Source: Microcystaceae cyanobacterium
GTDB lineage: Bacteria > Cyanobacteriota > Cyanobacteriia > Cyanobacteriales > Microcystaceae
Assembly (NCBI GenBank): GCA_041743025.1
Contig: JBGTNM010000180.1
Location: 3,315-67,314, forward strand
Direction of reading: 5' to 3'
Length of the DNA: 64,000 bases
Positions 18,728 to 27,745 of this stretch are shown here, in pieces. A program made the translations under genes and the position numbers. How positions within the stretch are numbered: the first letter of the stretch is position 1; the number at the start of each line of letters is the position of its first letter. The notes under the pieces are model-generated. The model saw only the letters and a list, made by a program, of their open reading frames with translations. It was not told the origin of the DNA and did not search any database.

Positions 18728-21109
18728 ATGCAAGCAGACGCAGATCAGTTCCCAGAACTATCCCCAACCAAAAGGGCTTTGTTGGCCCTTAAGCAACTAC
18801 AAGAAAAGCTGGAAGCTTTAGAAAAGTCCAAAAATGAACCGATCGCGATCGTGGGTTTAGGTTGTCGCTTTCCAGGCGGCGCAGACGATCCAGAAGCTTT
18901 TTGGGATCTGCTGGAAAACGGCAGAGATAGCATTAGCGAAGTTCCCCCCGAACACTGGGATTTAGAAACTTACTATGACCGCGATCCCAACGCTCCTGGA
19001 AAAATGACAACTCGTCACGGCGGCTTTATTCCTCACCTACAAGCCTTTGATGCCCAATTTTTTCGTATTGCGCCGCGAGAAGCCATGAGCTTAGATCCGC
19101 AGCAACGGTTACTGTTAGAAGTCACTTGGGAAGCCTTAGAAAATGCTGGGATTGCCCCAGAGCGACTTAACGGCAGTCCCACCGGGGTCTTTATCGGCAT
19201 TTGTGGCAATGATTATTGGCATCATTTAGGGTCTGGGCCTTGGGAAATTGATGCTTATCTAACGACAGGGAACACTCATAGTCTAGCATCGGGGCGCATT
19301 TCCTATACGTTAGGCTTAACCGGCCCGAGTCTTTCTGTCAATACCGCCTGTTCTTCCTCTTTAGTGGCGATACATTTAGCAATCACTAGCCTTCGCAATC
19401 AAGAGTGCGATTTAGCTCTAGTAGGTGGTGTTAATCGCATTCTTATGCCTGAAATAAGTATTAATTTTTCAAAAGCTCGAATGCTGTCCCCTGATGGACG
19501 GTGCAAACCCTTCGATGCGACGGCTAATGGTTTTGTTCGCTCAGAAGGCTGTGGTATGGTTGTGATCAAACGGCTGCGGGATGCGATCACAGCAGGCGAT
19601 CGCATTTTAGCCTTACTTTATGGCTCAGCTATTAACCAAGATGGACGCACCAGTGGCTTAACGGTTCCTAATGGCTTATCTCAACAAGCCGTCATTAAAC
19701 AAGCCTTAACAAATAGTCAGATTGAGCCACACCAAGTTAGTTACCTAGAAACTCATGGTACCGGCACAGAGCTAGGCGATCCGCTTGAAATTGGGGCATT
19801 AGGGGCCGTTTTTGGGACTGAACGTTCGGCTGAGCAGCCTTTAATTTTGGGGGCACTCAAGGCGAATATCGGTCATTGTGAGGCGGCTGCTGGCATTGCT
19901 AGCCTGATTAAGGTGGTACTGTCTCTACAACATGAAATGATTCCTCCCCAGATTCATTTTCACTCACCCAATCCCCACATTGATTGGGCGCATTTGCCAT
20001 TGAATATTCCTACCCAACTCTTACCTTGGCCGAAGGGAACTCAACGCAGGATAGCTGGCGTGAGTTCTTTTGGTTTTAGTGGGACTAATGCCCATGTCGT
20101 CGTTGCCGAAGCGCCGCCCATCGTTGCTATACGAGAACAGACAACAGAGCGCCCGATCCATCTACTGACGCTCTCAGCGAAAAATGAAGCGGCTCTTAAG
20201 GCACTAGTGGCTCGACACAGTACCTGGTTAACAACCCATTCCCAGACCGCTATAGCAGATGTGTGCTTTAGTGCTAATATGGGGCGCTCCCACTTTAATC
20301 ACCGTCTGGCGATCGTGACGGCTTCTATTGCTCAATTACAGCAGCAGCTAGCCACCTGGTTGACAGGACAGCCAACCGAAGGCGTTTTTCAAGGACAGGT
20401 TCAATGCCGTTCCGCTAGGCAAGTTGCTTTTGAGTTTACGGCGGGTGCCCGTCAAGCAGAGAATTTTGTTGATCAGCTTTACCAAACTCAGCCGACTTTT
20501 CAAAGAGCGATCAAGCACTGTCACAGCATTATTGCCGATTTTTTAGATATTGCGTTAAGCGAATTGCTCTGGCAAGCCCCGCCATCTTCGCCTCAATACT
20601 CGGATATTAGCTTATTTATTTTAGAATATGCTTTATTTATTCTCTGGCAATCTTGGGGGATCGTCCCGGCAGCAGTTATCGGAGAGGATATTGGAGAATG
20701 GGTTGCCGCAACAGTTGCCGGAGCTTTTCCTTTAGAAGATAGTCTAAGATGGTTAGCACAACAGCAGAGCTTCAAGGAGGCAGCTAAAGCAATAGCCATT
20801 GGTCAGTTGCAGTTTCCTGTTTTTAGCAAATTTGCTGGAGAAATAAGAGAATTTCCTCAATTTCGGCAACAATTTAAACAGCCACCCACTTTACCGATGA
20901 CAACGCTCCCCTTCAAAAGTTATAACACAGTAGTTACGATTGACGGCTCCGCATCTACCCACTGGTCAACCCTAATTTCCACGCTAGCTCAACTTTATCT
21001 ACAAGGCGTAGAGGTTAACTGGTCAGGCTTTGAGCAAGGCTACTTCCGCCAAAAAGTTGTCTTGCCAACCTATCCATTTCAGCGAACTCGCTATTGGATT
21101 GACGGCTAA
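18728..21109 (+). CDS. Stand-alone ketosynthase with a dead acyltransferase-like domain (KS-AT0), no carrier domain
   Basis: The track ORF starts at TTG 18704; ATG at 18728 gives MQADADQFPELSPTKRALLALKQLQEKLE (a typical inter-module linker). KS catalytic triad is intact (NTACSSSLVAIHLA, ETHGTGTELGD, ANIGHCEAAAG). AT signature motifs are destroyed: FEFTAGARQ for FxFxGQGxQ, and GEDIGE (20681-20698) for GHSxGE. The HAFH region is absent. Ends with YPFQRTRYW. Confidence 0.85.
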   Translation: MQADADQFPELSPTKRALLALKQLQEKLEALEKSKNEPIAIVGLGCRFPGGADDPEAFWDLLENGRDSISEVPPEHWDLETYYDRDPNAPGKMTTRHGGFIPHLQAFDAQFFRIAPREAMSLDPQQRLLLEVTWEALENAGIAPERLNGSPTGVFIGICGNDYWHHLGSGPWEIDAYLTTGNTHSLASGRISYTLGLTGPSLSVNTACSSSLVAIHLAITSLRNQECDLALVGGVNRILMPEISINFSKARMLSPDGRCKPFDATANGFVRSEGCGMVVIKRLRDAITAGDRILALLYGSAINQDGRTSGLTVPNGLSQQAVIKQALTNSQIEPHQVSYLETHGTGTELGDPLEIGALGAVFGTERSAEQPLILGALKANIGHCEAAAGIASLIKVVLSLQHEMIPPQIHFHSPNPHIDWAHLPLNIPTQLLPWPKGTQRRIAGVSSFGFSGTNAHVVVAEAPPIVAIREQTTERPIHLLTLSAKNEAALKALVARHSTWLTTHSQTAIADVCFSANMGRSHFNHRLAIVTASIAQLQQQLATWLTGQPTEGVFQGQVQCRSARQVAFEFTAGARQAENFVDQLYQTQPTFQRAIKHCHSIIADFLDIALSELLWQAPPSSPQYSDISLFILEYALFILWQSWGIVPAAVIGEDIGEWVAATVAGAFPLEDSLRWLAQQQSFKEAAKAIAIGQLQFPVFSKFAGEIREFPQFRQQFKQPPTLPMTTLPFKSYNTVVTIDGSASTHWSTLISTLAQLYLQGVEVNWSGFEQGYFRQKVVLPTYPFQRTRYWIDG

Positions 21110-21159
21110 TACAGTTCACTTTCTGTTAATATACGCAGCAATTTACCTAAAAATAGCTT

Positions 21160-21789
21160 ATGTATCAAACACTCAAAAAATCTAAAAAATTAGTGGCTTG
21201 GCTGTTGGGATTGACGCTGACAACAACCGCAATTGTTGAATTTTCTGTTGTGGCAAACGGTGCAGATAAGCAGCCGTTTTCTGTCTTACAACAAACCAAA
21301 CAAAAAGAAGGAGAAATTGTTCTTAAGGGAAGTAATGGTCAATATACGGGCCATGTAGTTGTTAGAGGAACACAAAGGGCTGCTTGGTCTGTTTTAACTG
21401 ATTATGATAACTTTGAACGCTATATGCCGAATGTGATTGAAAGTAAACTTCTGCAAAGCAGTGGCAATCGCAAGGTATTTGAACAAGTTCAACTTTTTCA
21501 GCTTGTATTGGTTTCTAGAAGGGCGAGAGTGAAAATTGTTGTGACAGAAAATCCTCCAAATAGCCTTAAGTTTAAGGTAGTAGAAGGAGAAGTAAAAGCC
21601 TTAGAAGGAGGTTGGCAAATTAAACCGCTTGCTGCTAATCTTTTTTTGATTTCTCATCAAGTTTCTGTTGAACCCGATATTAAATCTAGCATTAACCGCA
21701 GATTGTTTTACTCCGTCTATGAAGATACCCTAGAAAATACCTTCGCAGCGATTAGACAAGAAATTGCTCAACGTTCTAAGGTAAATTAA
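21160..21789 (+). CDS. SRPBCC/START-fold (cyclase/dehydrase family) protein with N-terminal signal/anchor
   Basis: 209 aa. Hydrophobic N-terminus (LVAWLLGLTLTTTAIVEF). RAAWSVLTDYDNFERYMPNV is typical of the polyketide cyclase/dehydrase-lipid transport fold. Confidence 0.65.
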   Translation: MYQTLKKSKKLVAWLLGLTLTTTAIVEFSVVANGADKQPFSVLQQTKQKEGEIVLKGSNGQYTGHVVVRGTQRAAWSVLTDYDNFERYMPNVIESKLLQSSGNRKVFEQVQLFQLVLVSRRARVKIVVTENPPNSLKFKVVEGEVKALEGGWQIKPLAANLFLISHQVSVEPDIKSSINRRLFYSVYEDTLENTFAAIRQEIAQRSKVN

Positions 21790-21802
21790 ACTGCAAAAAA
21801 TA

Positions 21803-22615
21803 ATGAGTTTTCAGCAGCAAACTGCGATTATTACAGGGGGATCGAGTGGGATTGGTAAAGCTATCGCTAAAATTTTAGTTTCACAAGGGTTTCAACTTGC
21901 CATTATTGCTCGTGATCACGCTAAGTTAATCCTGACACAAGAGAAACTAAAAGCGATTAAAAAATACCCTGAACAAAAAATTTTAATTTATGTGGCTGAT
22001 GTCAGTGATCGCCGCCAAGCCGAACAAGCTATTACCTCTGCTATTACCGATCTCGGAACCCCCGATTTGTTAATAACTTCGGCAGGTATCGTCTATTCCG
22101 ATTATTTTGAACACCTGCCTATTGAAGTTTTTGAGGAGACAATGGCTGTTAATTATTTTGGCACGTTATATTGTCTTAAAGCTGTGTTTAACAGGATGAA
22201 ACAAGAGCAAAAAGGGCATATTGTTCTAGTGTCTTCAGGCGCAGGTTTAATGGGAATTTATGGCTACAGTGCCTACAGTCCTAGTAAATTTGCTATCCGA
22301 GGATTAGCTGAGTCATTGCGCCCAGAATTAAAATTATGGGGAATTAATTTATCCGTTGTCTATCCGCCGGATACTGATACGCCTCAGTTAGAACAAGAAA
22401 ATAAAACTAAACCTCCAGAAACTAAAGCCATAACAGGTAAGGCAAAAACCTGGAGTGCTGAAGCAGTAGCCCAAGCAATTATTCAGGGAATTCAACAAAA
22501 ATCTTTTGTTATCACTCCTGGATTAGAAATGAGTTTATTAGCCAAGTTGCACAGTTTATTTGCCACACAAATTCATCAATATTTTGATCGAACTATTGCT
22601 AAAGTGCGAAATTAA
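21803..22615 (+). CDS. Short-chain dehydrogenase, 3-ketodihydrosphingosine reductase (KDSR/Tsc10/FVT1)-like
   Basis: 270 aa. [12 protein letters not shown] cofactor motif. Catalytic S...YSPSK. The stretch [15 protein letters not shown]...[24 protein letters not shown] closely matches, from memory, the KDSR signature ([15 protein letters not shown]...[22 protein letters not shown]). Confidence 0.8.
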   Translation: [270 protein letters not shown]

Positions 22616-23480
22616 TAAAATTTAAAAGTCCTTGAGAATATTGTGCTTTTCCTACTCGACTAAGATCGTGATGTTTACCGCCTTCAATAATTAATAATAC
22701 TTTTGGTTCTGGAGCTACCTGAAATAGTTCTTCACTCATTGTAACAGGAATGATTTGATCGCTAGTGCCATGAATTAAGAGGATCGGTACTTGCAGCGAT
22801 CGCACCTTACTCAGAGAATCAAAATGCTGTGTTAAAATCCAACGTTTGGGAAAAATTTGATAGGGAAATAACTCGTCAACCATCGCAGCCATTGAGGTAA
22901 AAGAACTTTCCACTATCACCCCCGCCATGTTAGGGTATCGGGAGGCTAACTCAATCGCGATCGCACCCCCCAAAGAATGCCCATAGACAAAAATCTGCTC
23001 AGGTGCAATATGACGTTGTTGTGTTAAATATCGCCAAGCAGCTTTACCATCTTCATAAACGCTAATTTCGCTAGGAAAAGCCCCTAAACTACGTCCATAA
23101 CCTCGATAATCGAGCAATAGCACCGACAGTCCCAACTGATGAAATAAGACAGCTTGGTGCAAGAGATCCCCCAAATTACTGCCATTGCCATGCAAATAAA
23201 GCACGACAGGTGCGTTGGGTTGCTCAGCCGCAATCCACCAACTGTATAATTCTTCAGATGCGACTGAAATCAGGACTTCCTGATAGGCTAAATTGGCAGC
23301 TATCGGAGTGACACTCACCACCGAAGAAGGAAAAAAGATGAGTCGGGTTTGCCACAGTCTGAGACATACGCCTAATCCCACATAAGCAACAAGCATCAAG
23401 CTGGCAACTAAATGTAACGTTTTCGCTTTGCCAGCCAAAAAACCTGAGAACAAGAACTGAAGCAGGAATTTATGCGACAT
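22599..23480 (-). CDS. Alpha/beta hydrolase (membrane-anchored serine hydrolase)
   Basis: 293 aa. N-terminal TM. HGNGSN oxyanion region, nucleophile elbow GHSLGGAIA, distal IHGTSDQ and KHHD. Confidence 0.8.
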   Translation of the reverse strand: MSHKFLLQFLFSGFLAGKAKTLHLVASLMLVAYVGLGVCLRLWQTRLIFFPSSVVSVTPIAANLAYQEVLISVASEELYSWWIAAEQPNAPVVLYLHGNGSNLGDLLHQAVLFHQLGLSVLLLDYRGYGRSLGAFPSEISVYEDGKAAWRYLTQQRHIAPEQIFVYGHSLGGAIAIELASRYPNMAGVIVESSFTSMAAMVDELFPYQIFPKRWILTQHFDSLSKVRSLQVPILLIHGTSDQIIPVTMSEELFQVAPEPKVLLIIEGGKHHDLSRVGKAQYSQGLLNFINFAL

Positions 23481-23600
23481 TGGCTGTCATGTCGTTGAGT
23501 CAATTACACAGTTGGCTATTCTCTTGGCTACTTATATTTTAATTAATTTGTATAATGAACAGAGCAAATTTGTTAAGAGAACTCACAAAGATTAGAAAAA

Positions 23601-25250
23601 ATGTCCAGTAAATTGGGGAAACTAGAGGGGTTCAAGATTCTATTACTAGGCTTTCTGGGTAGTCTCTCTACGATTTTACCTGCTCGTGCTGCTGAGTATA
23701 TTTATCTAAATTATGGTGCTTTTAACTTTTCTTTATCTGTTGAAGCTTTAACTCTTTTTGCTCAAGAGGGAAAAGTCACTAAAGAATTAGCGTTTTATCT
23801 TAATCGTTTAAGCCCTCAAAAACAAAATCAGCTACGAGCTTTTCTCCGCGCTCGTTATGACGTAAAACCAATTATTCTTTATCGCTTAGGTCAAACTTAT
23901 GCTGGCGATCAATTACTAACTATTTTAGGAAAAGCAATACAATTACCAGGTGGTCGTAATGGTTATTACGCAATTCGAGGAGCAATTATTTATTCCTCAA
24001 CAACGCCTGAAGGAGTCAGCGTTATTAATGTTTTGCGTAATTTTTCAACTAATATTCAACTGGATATGAACTTTATTGTTCAGTCTATCGGGCAAATTTC
24101 TAGCCTCATTAAAGAAACTCAAATTTTAAGAGAATCTCTGAATCGCCAAAGCGGCAGCAATATTACTTCTATTGATGAATCGAAGAGACAAACCCCTTTG
24201 GATTTACAGAAAACAGGAGGTTTTACGATTTCTCAAGAAATTTTAAAACTCTACGATACTCAACGTGATCGCCCGTTAACGGTTGTGATTTATCTGCCAC
24301 AATCCCAACAATCTGAAATTCCTGTAATTGTTATTTCTAATGGATTGGGGGCGCACCGCGATCGCTTTTCATTTTTAGCACGTCATCTGGCTTCTCATGG
24401 CTTTGCTGTTGTCATTCCCGATCATCCTAACAGCAACGATCAGCGTCAACAAGACTTTTATGAAGGTTTATATAAAGAACCGTTTGATGCAACAGAATTT
24501 ACTGATCGTCCCTTAGATGTTTCTTATACCCTCGATCAATTAGAAAAACTGAATCAGACGCAATTTCAAGGTAAGCTAAATTTAAAACAAGTTGGAATTT
24601 TTGGTTACTCTTTTGGGGGAACGACTGCCTTTGCATTAGGAGGAGCGCGGATAAATTTTACCCAACTAAAGCAAGATTGTCAATCTCCCAATGGGTTTCT
24701 TAATCTTTCGATTTTGTATCAATGTCGTGCTTTAGAAATCCCCCCAAAAAACTACGACTTGCAAGATACTCGTATTAAAGCAGCCTTTGTTTTTGTGCCT
24801 TTCGGCAAAAGCCTTTATGGACAGATAGAAATGCAGCGTATTAATATTCCTATCTTCTGGCAGGCGACAGATGAAGATGTAATTACCCCACTTTTAAATG
24901 AGCAAGTTCCTGCTTTTAATTGGTTGCCATTAGCTAATAAATATCTCGCAATATCGGAAAAACTGCCCCATACTCGTGTTATTCTTAATACCATGAATCA
25001 ATGGGGAAATCAAACTGTTTCCGCAGAAAACCTGATTCAAGTTACTCAAAATTATTTAAATGCCATGAGTCTTGCTTTTTTTCAAGTTTATATTGCTCAA
25101 GAAGATGAATATCACTCGTACTTACAGCCGTCTTATACTCAGGTACTGAGTGAAACCCCTTTCAATTTGCATCTGCTAAGACAACTACCCTTACCCGATG
25201 TCTCTCTACCACAAGGAAGAAAAAATTTAGGAAAAAAAGAATACAATTAA
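23601..25250 (+). CDS. Secreted alpha/beta hydrolase with an N-terminal cyanobacterial DUF1400-like domain (PAF-acetylhydrolase/lipase-like)
   Basis: 549 aa. Signal peptide. N-terminal domain (YLNYGAFNFSLSVEALTLFAQEGKVT...). GYSFGGTTA nucleophile elbow. The DUF assignment is from memory. Confidence 0.65.
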   Translation: MSSKLGKLEGFKILLLGFLGSLSTILPARAAEYIYLNYGAFNFSLSVEALTLFAQEGKVTKELAFYLNRLSPQKQNQLRAFLRARYDVKPIILYRLGQTYAGDQLLTILGKAIQLPGGRNGYYAIRGAIIYSSTTPEGVSVINVLRNFSTNIQLDMNFIVQSIGQISSLIKETQILRESLNRQSGSNITSIDESKRQTPLDLQKTGGFTISQEILKLYDTQRDRPLTVVIYLPQSQQSEIPVIVISNGLGAHRDRFSFLARHLASHGFAVVIPDHPNSNDQRQQDFYEGLYKEPFDATEFTDRPLDVSYTLDQLEKLNQTQFQGKLNLKQVGIFGYSFGGTTAFALGGARINFTQLKQDCQSPNGFLNLSILYQCRALEIPPKNYDLQDTRIKAAFVFVPFGKSLYGQIEMQRINIPIFWQATDEDVITPLLNEQVPAFNWLPLANKYLAISEKLPHTRVILNTMNQWGNQTVSAENLIQVTQNYLNAMSLAFFQVYIAQEDEYHSYLQPSYTQVLSETPFNLHLLRQLPLPDVSLPQGRKNLGKKEYN

Positions 25251-25282
25251 ACTGTGTTTCATTAGCGAGAAAATTACTATAT

Positions 25283-26923
25283 ATGGAAAAAAACTCTCTA
25301 AGATCTTCATCAAAATTATCTTACTTTTGGATATTATTTTGTAGTATAATTTTGTTTTTAGGACTCTTTTTTCGTTTAGTTAATCTCGATAGTAAAATTT
25401 ATTGGGTAGATGAAGTGGCAACTTCTCTACGAATTTCTGGTTTTACTAAACAGGAGGCAATTGAGCAAGTTTCACATCGGGGATTAATGAGTGTTGAAGA
25501 TTTGCAAAAATTTCAAAAAGTAACTCCTTCAAAAAACATTAATGACATTTTAAACGCGCTTACTAGTAGTCCAGAGCACGCCCCTTTATACTTTATAATT
25601 GCTAAATATTGGACAGATCTTTTCGGGAGTTCAGTATTAGCAATTAGAAGCTTATCCGTTGTTTTTAGTCTATTAACTTTACCCTGTTTATATTGGCTTT
25701 GTTTAACCCTCTTTCAGTCACCTCTAGTGGGATTAATTGCTGTTTTATTAATGTCGATTTCTCCTTTGAATGTTGCTTACGCTCAAGAAGCTCGTCCTTA
25801 TAGTTTATGGATAACTGCCACGATACTTTCTCATATCACATTATTAAGGGCGTTAGAAAAAAGTCACTGTTTAAATTGGGCTTTGTATACAGGGACTATT
25901 ATTCTTAGTTTTTATACCTCTTTATTATCGTTTTTAGTCGTAGTAGGACAAATCCTTTACGTGGTTATCATTGAAAATTTTTGTTTTAAACCAAGAGTAA
26001 TTTATCAATGGCTAGCTATAAGTTTAGGAATTTTAGCTTTTAGTCCTTGGTTATTTATTATTTTTCAAAATTGGCAACGGCTTCAAGATAATACGACCTG
26101 GATGAGAATGTCAATAAACTGGATAGCAATGATAGTTATTTGGATTTATAGTTTGGTTACCATTTTTATAGAATCGCCTATTTATAGACAAATTGATTTT
26201 ATTCTTCTTACCCGTATCTTAATCGATTTAAGTTTGTTAATACTCATCTTTTTTTCTTTTTACTTTCTTTGCCAAAAAACCTCTCCAAAAATCAAACTAT
26301 TTATTTTTGTTCAATTTATCACTCCTCTCATTATTCTCAGAGCAATTGATTTAAGAATTGGCGGACAAAGTTCAACTGCTATCCGCTATATGATACCTAG
26401 CTATTTGGGAATTCAATTGTCAGTTGCTTATCTATTTAAAAATAAATTGTTTTCATCTTCTTTTCAAAGCTTAAGACAGCAAAAAAAGTGGAGAATCATT
26501 TTTGGAGGAATTATATTAATTGGCGTTTTCTCTGGTATTTTTATGTTAGACAAATCACCTCAATATCAGAAAACTCGCAATTTACATAATCTTCCCATTG
26601 CCAAAATCATCAACCAAACTCATACTCCACTTTTATTGGCTGAACCCCAAGAAATACTTGATGTTATTTCCCTGAGTTATTCTTTAAATAAAGCAACGCA
26701 AATACAATTTCTCTCAACTGCTAACCTGTCAACATTATTCACTCAATGCCAAAATATATTTTTATTTAATCCTTCTCAAGAATTACAGAGGAATCTTAAG
26801 CAATCAGAAAAAAGACTACAATTAATTCAAATTTATAAACCTAAATTGTTAATAAGTAATGAAATTTACTTATCTCTTTGGAAAGTAACCAAATTGAGTA
26901 ATAATTGCCCTCAAAATTTATAA
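25283..26923 (+). CDS. GT-C fold membrane glycosyltransferase (ArnT/PMT family, GT39/GT83-like)
   Basis: 546 aa and polytopic. First-loop acidic motif YWVDEVAT. Many TM helices followed by a C-terminal soluble domain. Confidence 0.7.
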   Translation: MEKNSLRSSSKLSYFWILFCSIILFLGLFFRLVNLDSKIYWVDEVATSLRISGFTKQEAIEQVSHRGLMSVEDLQKFQKVTPSKNINDILNALTSSPEHAPLYFIIAKYWTDLFGSSVLAIRSLSVVFSLLTLPCLYWLCLTLFQSPLVGLIAVLLMSISPLNVAYAQEARPYSLWITATILSHITLLRALEKSHCLNWALYTGTIILSFYTSLLSFLVVVGQILYVVIIENFCFKPRVIYQWLAISLGILAFSPWLFIIFQNWQRLQDNTTWMRMSINWIAMIVIWIYSLVTIFIESPIYRQIDFILLTRILIDLSLLILIFFSFYFLCQKTSPKIKLFIFVQFITPLIILRAIDLRIGGQSSTAIRYMIPSYLGIQLSVAYLFKNKLFSSSFQSLRQQKKWRIIFGGIILIGVFSGIFMLDKSPQYQKTRNLHNLPIAKIINQTHTPLLLAEPQEILDVISLSYSLNKATQIQFLSTANLSTLFTQCQNIFLFNPSQELQRNLKQSEKRLQLIQIYKPKLLISNEIYLSLWKVTKLSNNCPQNL

Positions 26924-26925
26924 GA

Positions 26926-27702
26926 ATGATCAAAACTATGTACCAAGCCATCTTAAAATTGAACCAAAGATATCGCCAACTTATTTTAATACAAGGTGAA
27001 AAATATTTTAGAAAATTAGAAAAAATAATAGCGTATTACTCTTTAGTTGATAATACAACTTTTTTGGCAAAACAACAATTTAGCTGGGTAGCTAATTTAG
27101 AATCGCAATGGAAAATTATCCGTCAAGAATTAGATGATGTTATGGAAAATTTGGAAATTATTCCTAATTTTCAAGATATTTCACCTGACCAATATAACAT
27201 TACTCAGGATAATCGCTGGAAAACGTATTTTTTCTATGCCTACGGATTGAAAGCGAAAAAAAATTGCGAAAGATGTCCTCAAACCACTCGCCTAATTGAA
27301 CAAATTCCAGGGATGAAAACTGCTTTTTTCTCTATCTTATTACCGCATAAACATATACCAGAACACTGTGGCCCGTATAAGGGAGTTCTTCGCTATCATC
27401 TTGCTTTGAAAGTTCCTGAACCGAACACAGCTTGTAAAATCAGAGTTGAAAATGATGTTCGTTATTGGGAGGAGGGAAAAAGCTTGATTTTTGATGATAC
27501 TTTTCCTCACGAAGCCTGGAATGAAACCGATGATATTCGCGTTATTTTGTTTCTAGATTTTATTCGCCCTCTAAAATTTCCTATCTCACTAGTTAACCAA
27601 TTTATTATTTGGCTTGTGGCAATTTCTCCTTATGTTCAAAGTGGTAAAAAAAATCTCGAAAACTGGGAGATTTTTGTTTCTTCCTCAACCGTTGCCGAAT
27701 AA
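26926..27702 (+). CDS. Aspartyl/asparaginyl beta-hydroxylase family protein (LpxO/OlsC-type lipid hydroxylase family)
   Basis: The track ORF starts at TTG 26905; ATG at 26926 lies 2 nt after the upstream stop. Motifs: LLPHKHIPEHCGPYKGVLRYHLALKVP, FDDTFPHEAWN. Confidence 0.75.
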   Translation: MIKTMYQAILKLNQRYRQLILIQGEKYFRKLEKIIAYYSLVDNTTFLAKQQFSWVANLESQWKIIRQELDDVMENLEIIPNFQDISPDQYNITQDNRWKTYFFYAYGLKAKKNCERCPQTTRLIEQIPGMKTAFFSILLPHKHIPEHCGPYKGVLRYHLALKVPEPNTACKIRVENDVRYWEEGKSLIFDDTFPHEAWNETDDIRVILFLDFIRPLKFPISLVNQFIIWLVAISPYVQSGKKNLENWEIFVSSSTVAE

Positions 27703-27745
27703 GAGTTTGATTCAGCAACGCTCTTGGGGATCGCTATCTAAAATT

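Noticed and set aside
3189-20799. About 25 short ORFs (60-95 aa) from the track nested inside or antisense to the three PKS genes (for example 3189-3419, 7504-7716, 9380-9646, 12496-12732, 15521-15799, 18234-18446, 19399-19605).
   Set aside because: All lie entirely within long ORFs that carry unambiguous PKS domain motifs. They are low-complexity shadow frames with no independent signals.
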